From a bacterium (GTDB taxonomy: Bacteria; Zhuqueibacterota; Zhuqueibacteria; Residuimicrobiales; Krinioviventaceae), in contig CAXXMD010000003.1 in assembly GCA_963675755.2 (NCBI GenBank), forward strand, positions 192,001 through 256,000: a stretch of 64,000 nt of DNA, read 5' to 3'. Below, in pieces: positions 1 through 8,451 of this stretch. Below the pieces are notes generated by a model. That model searched no databases, was not told where the DNA came from, and saw nothing but the letters and a program-made list of their open reading frames with translations. Within the stretch, counting starts at the first letter, position 1. Each line of letters starts with the position of its first letter. Made by a program: the position numbers and the translations under genes.

Positions 1-141
1 TATGGCAATCCTGATAAAATCACAAACACATCACCCATTTTACCGGCAGCCATATTGGGTTCAATTTTCATTTTTGCGATACTCGGTGGAGCAGTTGTTA
101 AAAAAAAGAAAAGCACAAAAAAAAGCGGACATTTAAATTAA
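1..141 (+). CDS. 3' end of an unknown protein with a C-terminal hydrophobic helix and lysine-rich tail (partial)
   Basis: Frame 1 is open from the window edge: YGNPDKITNTSPILPAAILGSIFIFAILGGAVVKKKKSTKKSGHLN then TAA at 139-141. Confidence 0.6.
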   Translation, partial: YGNPDKITNTSPILPAAILGSIFIFAILGGAVVKKKKSTKKSGHLN

Positions 142-151
142 ACATCCGCTT
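117..151 (-). terminator. Intrinsic terminator downstream of nadA (possibly bidirectional)
   Basis: aagcgga...tccgctt stem (123-151) with an A-run at 117-124 that reads as a U-tract on the minus strand. Confidence 0.55.
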
Positions 152-177
152 CCATCATTATATAAAATCCTGAATTG

Positions 178-1233
178 CTAGCCAATAGCAATCATACGAT
201 CCACAGCTGTCTTTGCTCTCACCCGAATATCTTCTGGCACTTCAATCTGATATCTCATCAATTTCAAAGCATCCCGGGTTTCTTCCAGGGTTATTTCATT
301 CATATGTGGACACCGAACACTGCAAAGCCTGAGCATTTCCTTGTCAGGATTCTCACCGGCAATATTGTCACCCATGCTGCATTCAGTCAACAGCAAATAT
401 CGCTCTGCCTTTGTCTCTTGTACATATTTGATCATACCGGTTGTGCTGCCCGCATAATCCGAAGCCTCAATAACTTCAGGACTGCATTCAAGGTGCGCCA
501 ATACCACAACATCCGGGAATTGTTTACGTACATTTGCAACATCCTCGGGGGTAAATTGCTCATGCACTTCACATTTCCCCGACCATCCAACAATCTGATA
601 ATCAAGCCCATTGCCACGCTTGGAAACATCTGAAGGATCTTTTGATGGAAAGATTATGCGCTTTCCCGTTTCCTGTGCAATATTTTTAGCCATAAATTCA
701 TCCGGCAAAAAAATAATAGCCTCATCACCAAAGGATTCCACAACCTGCACAGCATTACCCGAAGTACAGCACACATCACTTTCTGCTTTTACATCAGCAT
801 ACGTATTCACATACGTAACAACCGGTACACCGGGAAACTCTTTTTTCAATTTACGCACATCTTCTGCTGTTATGCTTTCTGCCAAAGAACAACCGCCCTT
901 TGGAGATGGTAATAATACCGTTTTATCAGGGCTCAGGATCTTGGCTGTTTCAGCCATAAATCTTACACCACAAAAAACGATAACATCTTTATCCGTTGTA
1001 GCTGCAAGGCGTGACAGTCCCAAAGAATCTCCGGTATAGTCTGGTACTGAATGAAACAGAGCGGGTTCCATATAGTTATGACCCAGAATAACGGCATTCC
1101 GTTCTTCTTTGAGTTGATTTATCTCCATGGCAAGTTCCGCTTTGATACGCAATTCAACATCCGGAACGATGCCTTTGAGTTTTATTTTTAATTTATCAAA
1201 CATTTCGTCAACAGTTTTAGCTGCAATAGCCAT
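178..1233 (-). CDS. nadA: Quinolinate synthase A
   Basis: LGHNY, GDSL, FCGVRFMAETAKIL, YVNT, CTS, AHLEC, GST motifs; the three Fe-S cysteines in FCGV, KCEVH and RCPHM. Confidence 0.96.
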   Translation of the reverse strand: MAIAAKTVDEMFDKLKIKLKGIVPDVELRIKAELAMEINQLKEERNAVILGHNYMEPALFHSVPDYTGDSLGLSRLAATTDKDVIVFCGVRFMAETAKILSPDKTVLLPSPKGGCSLAESITAEDVRKLKKEFPGVPVVTYVNTYADVKAESDVCCTSGNAVQVVESFGDEAIIFLPDEFMAKNIAQETGKRIIFPSKDPSDVSKRGNGLDYQIVGWSGKCEVHEQFTPEDVANVRKQFPDVVVLAHLECSPEVIEASDYAGSTTGMIKYVQETKAERYLLLTECSMGDNIAGENPDKEMLRLCSVRCPHMNEITLEETRDALKLMRYQIEVPEDIRVRAKTAVDRMIAIG

Positions 1234-1293
1234 GAATTACCTCAATTGTTTTTTACAGTTGGTTTCTGTTTCCTATTAAAATAAGAAATAATT

Positions 1294-2721
1294 CTACAAG
1301 ATCAAATTGAATTGATGCGGTAATGATATTTTCAATTTACCAAGCATAAATGATACAGCGCCAATCATTTCATCGTTATGTTTCAAGGCATAATAACCAT
1401 TTTTTATACCATCAAAATCCATCCTGCTATTATAAAACAGTTCCTTTAGACTTTTTTCTTCCAATTCAATAAAAGATTGGGTAATATTATTACCAAAAAA
1501 CTGGGCGCCGTTACTAGTCAATTTCCATTGATTACCTTTGCGCACGGCCACAGGCAGTCCGGATTTGATAAACATTTCCGCAGGAAAAGATTCCCAGTCC
1601 TTACCGCATAGCCAAAGCCTTTTACTGGTCAGGTTAAATTTATAATCATCAAAAAATGATTTCTCAATACCCCAACGCTCACTTATATAATCAATAACCG
1701 GTACAAGCCGGGGATCATCACTGTTTTGCAAATAAATACTCTCAATTTTAGGCGGGGTTCCTTTAAATCGTATTGTATCTGTTTTTTTCAGCTTGGCTAC
1801 AAAAAACGCTTCAAATGGCTGGGGATGCGGAAATACCCGTTTGGTTTTTTGTATAGACTCGTCATACTTTTGGTCATTGTATTCCAAAATCCCATTTGAT
1901 ACAGATTCCCCCTCTAACCAGTCCATTGATTGCAATTCGACAGGATAGTCTGCCAGAACACTGTTAACAATGGCTTCATTTTCTTCAGCAGTCAGGGTGC
2001 ATGTTGAATAAACAATGGTACCACCGGGTTTAGCTGCCTTGATTGCAGACACCAGCATATGCTTTTGCGTGTTTAACAGGGTTTCAAGACCGGTAACACT
2101 CCACAGACTTCCGGTTCGCAAAACCTGTCCCGGCAATTTTGATAGTCCGGAACAAGGTGCATCAACAAGTACACGATCAAAAGATTCATAAAATAAACGC
2201 CCCATGCGTTGCCCCGGCATTTGCAAAAAAACATCGTTAACAATGCCAGCCCGGGATGTATTGGTTAACAGGGGTTGCTGCCGTTTCAATGAGGGATCAC
2301 ACAACAATAGTCGTCCCTTGTTTTGCATCATGGCGGCAATCTGTGTTGACTTTGAGCCGGGTGACGCAGCCATATCCAGCACTGAATCTCCGGGTTGCGG
2401 ATCAAGTGCCAACACCGGGATCTGCGAAGAAATACCCTGTCCATGAAACTCGCCACAGTAATATGAAAGCGTATGGGTTAAACGGGAAATATCATCATGC
2501 AAGATCAATCCGGTTGGATTGTAGGGATGTGGAGAAAAACCACAATCCCATTTTTTCATTTTTTCCAGAAAATCATTTACAGTTAATTTCAAAGAATTAA
2601 CACGTATTGCTGCAGGTTCTTCCGGAGAATTGACAAACCGTGATAAATCATCCTTTAAAACGGATTCAAGCGCTGTTTTTATTTCCTGGGGTAGTGCGTT
2701 ATATAGATCGTGATTCAACAT
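1294..2721 (-). CDS. RsmB/RsmF (NOL1/NOP2/Sun) family RNA cytosine-C5 methyltransferase
   Basis: VLDMAASPGSKS SAM-binding motif, DAPCSG and YSTCT cysteine motifs, RsmF-like C-terminal extension; start moved to ATG at 2721 (2727 possible). Confidence 0.88.
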   Translation of the reverse strand: MLNHDLYNALPQEIKTALESVLKDDLSRFVNSPEEPAAIRVNSLKLTVNDFLEKMKKWDCGFSPHPYNPTGLILHDDISRLTHTLSYYCGEFHGQGISSQIPVLALDPQPGDSVLDMAASPGSKSTQIAAMMQNKGRLLLCDPSLKRQQPLLTNTSRAGIVNDVFLQMPGQRMGRLFYESFDRVLVDAPCSGLSKLPGQVLRTGSLWSVTGLETLLNTQKHMLVSAIKAAKPGGTIVYSTCTLTAEENEAIVNSVLADYPVELQSMDWLEGESVSNGILEYNDQKYDESIQKTKRVFPHPQPFEAFFVAKLKKTDTIRFKGTPPKIESIYLQNSDDPRLVPVIDYISERWGIEKSFFDDYKFNLTSKRLWLCGKDWESFPAEMFIKSGLPVAVRKGNQWKLTSNGAQFFGNNITQSFIELEEKSLKELFYNSRMDFDGIKNGYYALKHNDEMIGAVSFMLGKLKISLPHQFNLIL

Positions 2722-2857
2722 GTACATACCTGATAAAAAAGAGACAGAAAAAAATATAATAATTTTCAAATCTAAATGAAACCGGAATATTTGACAAATT
2801 GATTTGTTTTATATTTTTAATCGTAAAATCCATGTATCAGATAATTTGGAGAAAGAT

Positions 2858-3214
2858 ATGTCACAAGTAGAAACCGGTCTTGAACAGGCCCTTATCAATA
2901 TATCACCGGAAGCACAAAAACAGTTTTTAACCATTATGCATGAGAATGAGAATCAATACAAGTTTTTGCGTCTTGGCGTTAATGCATCCGGCTGTTCAGG
3001 ATATTCTTACCTAGTGCTTTTTGAGAATTATAAAAAAGGAACAGACCAGCAAATTGATTTTGGTGAATTATCTGTATTGATATCCGCCGATTCAATTGAA
3101 ATGGTTAAAGGGGCCAACATTGATTACCAGACTGATGAAAACAGGAGCGGTTTTGTGATTGACAATCCAAGCAAAAGCGGTTCCTGCGGCTGTGGTGGCT
3201 CTTGCGGTTGTTAA
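2858..3214 (+). CDS. HesB/IscA/ErpA A-type iron-sulfur carrier protein
   Basis: LRLGVxxSGCSGYSY, GANIDY, FVIDNP, SCGCG; GGAG upstream of ATG 2858. Confidence 0.9.
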   Translation: MSQVETGLEQALINISPEAQKQFLTIMHENENQYKFLRLGVNASGCSGYSYLVLFENYKKGTDQQIDFGELSVLISADSIEMVKGANIDYQTDENRSGFVIDNPSKSGSCGCGGSCGC

Positions 3215-3221
3215 ACTTTTT

Positions 3222-3253
3222 AAGCTCTGATTTAAACAATCAGGGCTTTTTTT
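3222..3253 (+). terminator. Intrinsic terminator
   Basis: aagctctgatt / aatcagggctt stem followed by a T-run. Confidence 0.75.
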
Positions 3254-3372
3254 ATTTATTCTTGCAAACTATCCGTCCCTCTTGAAAAAAACACCCTCAT
3301 TTCTTTTAAATATTATTTTTATTTTATTTTACGATTTCGTAAGTTACAGTATTGTATAAAAACGGAAAATGT

Positions 3373-5487
3373 ATGAGAGACCAGTATAAATCCAGAGACC
3401 AGCTTTACCGTGAAGTGTTGACTCTGCGCAAGCAATTACGCGAATATAAAGATAAATACGATAATACACAGGCCAATATTAATAATGTTCAAACCAGTCC
3501 TCAAGAGCACAATATACTACTGGACTATTTGACAGATTATATATATACCGTTAGATTCAAAAAAACTAAACCCGCCGAAACCATGCACGGTCCGGGTTGT
3601 GTGTCTGTTACCGGATACACCTCAAAGGAATACACAAAAGATCCTGAACTGTGGTTTAGAATGGTATACAAAAGAGACCGGGAAGCCGTCTCCAAGCAGG
3701 CCCAAATGGCCCGTGACGGAAAGGCCGTTCCCCCATTGGAACACCGAATAATCCATAAAGATGGCAGTATACGCTGGGTACGTAACACCGTTGTACAATT
3801 GCGTGATGAAAACGGCAAATTTTACGGTTATAATGGGCTGATCAATGACATTACTGCACGAAAAAAAGCCGAAAAGACCCTGCTTACCAGTGAATTAAAA
3901 TATCGTTCACTTACAAATGATGTTTTGGAAAGCACCAAAGTAGGTATTGTAATACTGGATTATAAATACAATATCGTCTGGGTTAACCGTGCCTACGAGT
4001 ACTATACAGGCTTGAAACGTATTGATATTATTGGCAAAAATGCTCAGGATTATCTAAAATCCACGGTCAAACATCTGTTTCAAAATCCTGAAAATTTTGA
4101 AAAAATGGTCAATTCCTCTTATGGTTCAATAGAAACTGTAAATTTTGAATGCTGCCGTGTCAATAATCACGGAGAAATGGTGCGCTGTCTTGAATACTGG
4201 AGCATGCCAATAAAAACCGGTTTGTATGCAGGCGGTCGAATTGAGCAGTATTATGATGTTACCGAACATAAAACCATTCTTGATGATGTCGTTGAAAGTG
4301 AAAGACGGCATAAACAGCTATTGCACCACCTTACCGATTATGTCTATTCTGTCAAAGTGGAATTTGGTGAACCTGTTGATACATTCCATGGTATCGGCTG
4401 CGTTGCTGTAACCGGTTATACACAGGAAGATTTTGCCATGAATCCCGATCTTTGGATTGAAATGGTATACGATGAAGACCGTGATGATGTCAGAGAGCAT
4501 GCACGTAAAGCCCTGCTGGGAAAATCTTCAAAACCGCTGGTCCATCGCATCACCCACAGGGATGGATCATTGAGATGGGTTAAGAGCACGATTGTATTGC
4601 AAAAAAATGAAAAAGGAAATGTAATTTCCTATGACGGCCTGATAAATGACATTACAGAATTGAAAAAAGCGGAAGAACTTGATAAAATGCGCCAGCAGCA
4701 GCTGGTTCAGGCTGATAAAATGGTTACACTGGGTATTCTGGTATCGGGTGTGGCTCACGAGATCAATAATCCCAACAATTTCATAATGCTCAACAACAAG
4801 ATGATCAATAAAGCCTGGGAAAGCACAAAACCCATTCTTGACGAATATTACAATGAGCATGGTGATTTTGTTCTGGCTGGTATGCCCTATTCTAAAGCCC
4901 ACGACAAGATTGCTGAACTGATAACCGGTATTAGTGAAGGCGGGCAACGAATTAAAAAAATTGTAGAAAGCCTGAAAAACTTTGCACGTCACGATACCGG
5001 TGTTTTAGACCAGTCCATTAACCTGAATAAAGTTGTAGAAGCCGCTATCCTAATCGTAAACAATTTAATCAAAAAATCTACAACCGATTTCAAGGTAAAA
5101 TTTGCACCCAAGCTGCCTGAATTTCAAGGCAATTTCCAACAACTTGAACAATTGTTGATCAATCTAATTACAAATTCCTGTGAAGCTCTGAGCAAAAAAG
5201 AAAAACAATTACACATTACTACATTCTGGAACCGGGAATCGAACCAGGTTGGATTCTCAGTTATGGATAATGGTGACGGAATCACCAAAGACGATATGAA
5301 ACACATTATAGATCCGTTTTTTACGACCAAACGCGAAATCGGTGGAACAGGATTAGGGCTTTCCATCGCATACAATATTATTAAAGATCATGGCGGAGAA
5401 TTGCATCTTGACTCCCGGTTAGGATTCGGTACAACCGCCACAATAACAATTCCTCTGAATGATAAAGATTTTGGAGCAATATCATGA
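3373..5487 (+). CDS. Cytoplasmic multi-PAS sensor histidine kinase
   Basis: Three PAS/PAC regions (HRIxHxDGSxRWV), H-box VAHEINNP, N-box NLITNS, G1 DNGDG, F-box DPFFTTK, G2 GGTGLGL; no transmembrane segment; ATGA overlap with the next gene; start uncertain (3352 or 3373). Confidence 0.92.
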   Translation: MRDQYKSRDQLYREVLTLRKQLREYKDKYDNTQANINNVQTSPQEHNILLDYLTDYIYTVRFKKTKPAETMHGPGCVSVTGYTSKEYTKDPELWFRMVYKRDREAVSKQAQMARDGKAVPPLEHRIIHKDGSIRWVRNTVVQLRDENGKFYGYNGLINDITARKKAEKTLLTSELKYRSLTNDVLESTKVGIVILDYKYNIVWVNRAYEYYTGLKRIDIIGKNAQDYLKSTVKHLFQNPENFEKMVNSSYGSIETVNFECCRVNNHGEMVRCLEYWSMPIKTGLYAGGRIEQYYDVTEHKTILDDVVESERRHKQLLHHLTDYVYSVKVEFGEPVDTFHGIGCVAVTGYTQEDFAMNPDLWIEMVYDEDRDDVREHARKALLGKSSKPLVHRITHRDGSLRWVKSTIVLQKNEKGNVISYDGLINDITELKKAEELDKMRQQQLVQADKMVTLGILVSGVAHEINNPNNFIMLNNKMINKAWESTKPILDEYYNEHGDFVLAGMPYSKAHDKIAELITGISEGGQRIKKIVESLKNFARHDTGVLDQSINLNKVVEAAILIVNNLIKKSTTDFKVKFAPKLPEFQGNFQQLEQLLINLITNSCEALSKKEKQLHITTFWNRESNQVGFSVMDNGDGITKDDMKHIIDPFFTTKREIGGTGLGLSIAYNIIKDHGGELHLDSRLGFGTTATITIPLNDKDFGAIS

Positions 5488-6902
5488 ACGCATTAGATTA
5501 CCCTGAATTCCCGGTACTTATTGTTGATGATGAAGAGAATTTCCTCCTCAGTGCGGGCTTTACGCTCAGTTCAAACGGCATCAACAATGTTTTACAATGT
5601 CAAAACAGTACCAAAGTTATGGGTATATTGAAAGAAAAAACCGTATCCGTCATAGCTCTCGACATGACCATGCCCGAGATGTCCGGCTGGGATTTACTGC
5701 CTTTGATTGTCAAAGATTTCCCGGATGTTCCGGTAATTGTAATAACTGCGGTAAACGAGGTAGAAACTGCTGTAGAGTGTATGAAAGCTGGCGCTTTTGA
5801 TTATATCGTCAAGCCCGTTGATGACTCACGTCTGGTGACGGCAATTCAACGCGCACTTGAATTACGTGAAGTAATGGCAGAAAACGTTAAATTGAAACAA
5901 TACCTGCTCTCAGGAAAGTTGGAACACCCTGAAATTTTTGAGCATATTATCACCAAAAGCAACCTGATGCGCTCAATTTTCCAATACATTGAAGCAGTTG
6001 CGGGTACATCATTGCCGGTTTTGGTAACCGGCGAGACCGGTACCGGTAAAGAATTGTTTGCCCGTTCTATACATGACATGAGCGGTAGAAAAGGTGAATT
6101 TATTGCTGTTAACGTAGCTGGCCTTGATGACAATCTATTTTCAGACAGCCTTTTTGGACATAAAAAAGGCGCGTTTACCGGAGCAGACAAGGAACGCAAA
6201 GGTCTCATTGAACAGGCTGCAGGCGGAACCTTGTTTTTAGACGAAATCGGTGATCTCAGCATGGAATCTCAGGTCAAACTTTTGAGATTGCTCCAGGAAA
6301 AGCAATATTATCCCATAGGCTCAGATATCCCCAAAATGTCTGACGCCCGGGTTGTGGTAGCAACCCACCGGGATATCGATCAAATGTCTGAAGATGAAAC
6401 CTTTAGAAAAGATTTATACTACCGATTAAAAGCACACCATGTAAATATTCCCCCGCTCAGTGAGCGTAAAGAGGATATCCCCTTACTTATCAACTTTTTC
6501 CTGAACAAGGCATCAAAAGAGTTGAACAAAAAACGCCCAACACCTCCCAGAGAACTGTTCACATTGCTGAACAATTATGATTTTCCGGGTAACATCCGTG
6601 AACTGGAAGGCATGATATTCGATGCAGTTAGTCGTCATAAATCAGGCGTCTTGTCTACGGAAACATTCCGTGAAGTTGTAACCCCTAAAACCATTCAAAA
6701 TACAAACATGGACGCGGGAACAGAAATTCACGGATTGAACAACATTATTTTTCCTGATCCCTTACCTTCACTTAAAGAAATAGAAAACAGTATCATTGCT
6801 GAAGCTTTAAAACGCGCGGATGGTAACCAAACTATCGCAGCACAAATGCTTGGCATGACCCGCAGAGCACTAAACAACAGACTTCAACGCGCCCGCAAAT
6901 AA
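5484..6902 (+). CDS. NtrC-family sigma54-dependent response regulator (REC-AAA+-Fis HTH)
   Basis: IVDD...LDMTMP receiver, GETGTGKE Walker A, GAFTGA loop, LFLDEIG Walker B, FPGNIREL, GNQTIAAQMLG helix-turn-helix. Confidence 0.96.
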   Translation: MNALDYPEFPVLIVDDEENFLLSAGFTLSSNGINNVLQCQNSTKVMGILKEKTVSVIALDMTMPEMSGWDLLPLIVKDFPDVPVIVITAVNEVETAVECMKAGAFDYIVKPVDDSRLVTAIQRALELREVMAENVKLKQYLLSGKLEHPEIFEHIITKSNLMRSIFQYIEAVAGTSLPVLVTGETGTGKELFARSIHDMSGRKGEFIAVNVAGLDDNLFSDSLFGHKKGAFTGADKERKGLIEQAAGGTLFLDEIGDLSMESQVKLLRLLQEKQYYPIGSDIPKMSDARVVVATHRDIDQMSEDETFRKDLYYRLKAHHVNIPPLSERKEDIPLLINFFLNKASKELNKKRPTPPRELFTLLNNYDFPGNIRELEGMIFDAVSRHKSGVLSTETFREVVTPKTIQNTNMDAGTEIHGLNNIIFPDPLPSLKEIENSIIAEALKRADGNQTIAAQMLGMTRRALNNRLQRARK

Positions 6903-6903
6903 A

Positions 6904-7013
6904 GGGTGCCACAGATTTACCATATGCCACAAAATTTCATCTTGACATAAAATATTATTTTACAACAGCTTGAACCGGTTCAGCTAAACAAGGTGGAATT
7001 TTTGTGGCACCCC
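6904..7013. promoter_or_regulatory. Candidate upstream activator sequences for the sigma54 promoter
   Basis: tgccacagattt (6907-6918), tgccacaaaattt (6925-6937) and an inverted copy aatttttgtggcac (6997-7010), 80-180 bp upstream of the -24 box. Confidence 0.5.
6971..6982. promoter_or_regulatory. Perfect palindrome TGAACCGGTTCA, LacI-like operator candidate
   Basis: 12-bp palindrome; an identical copy lies upstream of pntA at 43120-43131. Confidence 0.45.
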
Positions 7014-7057
7014 TTTTCAAGGTCCCCCAAAAAATATTTTCAACATAAAGCCAGTTT

Positions 7058-7070
7058 TAACAATAACTTA
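7058..7070 (+). promoter_or_regulatory. Possible IHF site
   Basis: taacaataactta has one mismatch to WATCAANNNNTTR and lies between the putative UAS and the sigma54 promoter. Confidence 0.35.
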
Positions 7071-7087
7071 CAAACCAAAAAAGCTTG

Positions 7088-7103
7088 TGGCACACCCTTT
7101 GCT
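7088..7103 (+). promoter_or_regulatory. Sigma54 (-24/-12) promoter
   Basis: TGGCAC-ACCCT-TTGCT matches TGGCAC-N5-TTGCW exactly and sits directly downstream of an enhancer-binding-protein gene. Confidence 0.85.
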
Positions 7104-7198
7104 AAGGTAAGGGTGAACATCAATTGAAATAGTTTACAAAGCTTTGTAACAAATATATAAAACATCAAATTTAGCACTACCATAAAGGAGCAAGCATC

Positions 7199-7594
7199 AT
7201 GAAAAAATATATCGTTTTATTTGTACTCGTAGCCCTGTTCGCAGGCAACAGTTTAGCAGCTGAAAATGTATCAAAAGATCGTTTAGAATTGGCAGAAAAA
7301 GCATACAAACTTGCATTAAAATCAGATAACGCAGGTGTTCGCAACAGCGCACTGCATCGCATTGCAGTTTTAAAATCTCGTTCTCCTGAATTCGAAACCA
7401 GCGAATACAAAAATATCTTGAAATCAATGGCTAACAAAGATGACAAAGCATATATTCGCGTTAACGCCAAAATCACTTTGGATTTGTTGAACAATAAAAA
7501 CTTGATTGAAAATGTAGATACTGAAACCGTTGACCCTAACGAATTCTTTAACAGTATTCACATGAAGATGGTTGATCTTTACGCAATAAATTAA
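7199..7594 (+). CDS. Small secreted helical protein with a HEAT-like repeat, function unknown
   Basis: AAGGAG RBS; signal peptide MKKYIVLFVLVALFAGNSLA; ALKSDNAGVRNSAL...DDKAYIRVNAKITL resembles HEAT repeats. Confidence 0.75.
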   Translation: MKKYIVLFVLVALFAGNSLAAENVSKDRLELAEKAYKLALKSDNAGVRNSALHRIAVLKSRSPEFETSEYKNILKSMANKDDKAYIRVNAKITLDLLNNKNLIENVDTETVDPNEFFNSIHMKMVDLYAIN

Positions 7595-7672
7595 TAGCAA
7601 TTAATAGATTTTAGTTCTTTGAACAAGTATACCCTTTCATAACCATTTACTTTTCTTTTCCCAACCTCCGAA

Positions 7673-7705
7673 AAACTAGCGCCTGATACACTCAGGCGCT
7701 AGTTT
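7673..7705 (+). terminator. Stem-loop, likely terminator
   Basis: 14-bp stem aaactagcgcctga / tcaggcgctagttt. Confidence 0.7.
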
Positions 7706-7837
7706 AACAAAAAAGAAAGGGTCTACAAAGAGTTTTTCAAGCCAAATGTACCAAATGTCTTTAGAGGAGTTTTACTCCCTTATGTGATAGATATATGCTG
7801 AATAACTATATTTACCCTTGATTTTCCCGACCTCTGT

Positions 7838-7867
7838 ATAAAGCCCTCTTCTACCCGAGGGCTTTAT
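7838..7867 (-). terminator. Stem-loop at the end of the minus-strand operon
   Basis: ataaagccctc / gagggctttat immediately after the stop of 7873..8430. Confidence 0.55.
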
Positions 7868-7872
7868 CATTT

Positions 7873-8430
7873 CTAGTAATCAGAAAATACAACTTTGACT
7901 TGTTTGCACCCCAGTTCCATTTCTTTACACATATCCATAAAAAAAGCAGTTGCCTTTTCATTGCATTTATCCTGAACATAACTTTCAGTTAACAACTTTT
8001 CCCCTTCCTGAACAAAACGATCAGTTAATGTTTCCAATATCTGGATAGCTTCCCTGTCTTCATTAACCAGCAAACCACGTTCAGGATAACTAACTGTCGA
8101 TCCGTTAATCACAGGTTTTTTTACTCGAATCGGTGGTGCATAAACGGTTAATGCTTTTTCCTTTTGATCATACTTGATATCGTATGGATCTTTATCAAAA
8201 TCCAGGTAAAAATCAAACGTTACACTCGAATTCACCTGTACCTGTGCATCACTCTTTAAAAACACCAATGCTGTTTTTTTAACGGTTTCAACAAAATCAA
8301 CATTTTTGGTTTCTGAGGCTAAAACAAGCTGTGTTAAACCTTCAAACTTTTCTGTATAGGTTCGTGTTGTAATTTTGGGCGCACAAGACGCCAGTATAAC
8401 CACAATACCTGCGATAATTATTTTTTTCAT
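7873..8430 (-). CDS. Lipoprotein, possibly DUF4230-like
   Basis: Lipobox ILASC; GAGGG RBS; FYLDF...LTVYAPP and C-terminal 'NEKATAFF...VKVVF' resemble DUF4230. Confidence 0.6.
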   Translation of the reverse strand: MKKIIIAGIVVILASCAPKITTRTYTEKFEGLTQLVLASETKNVDFVETVKKTALVFLKSDAQVQVNSSVTFDFYLDFDKDPYDIKYDQKEKALTVYAPPIRVKKPVINGSTVSYPERGLLVNEDREAIQILETLTDRFVQEGEKLLTESYVQDKCNEKATAFFMDMCKEMELGCKQVKVVFSDY

Positions 8431-8451
8431 ATCACCCTCATTTTAATATAA

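Noticed and set aside
7005-7020. Second TGGCAC box as an extra sigma54 promoter
   Set aside because: The -12 position reads TTCAA with no GC. It fits better as the inverted UAS copy.
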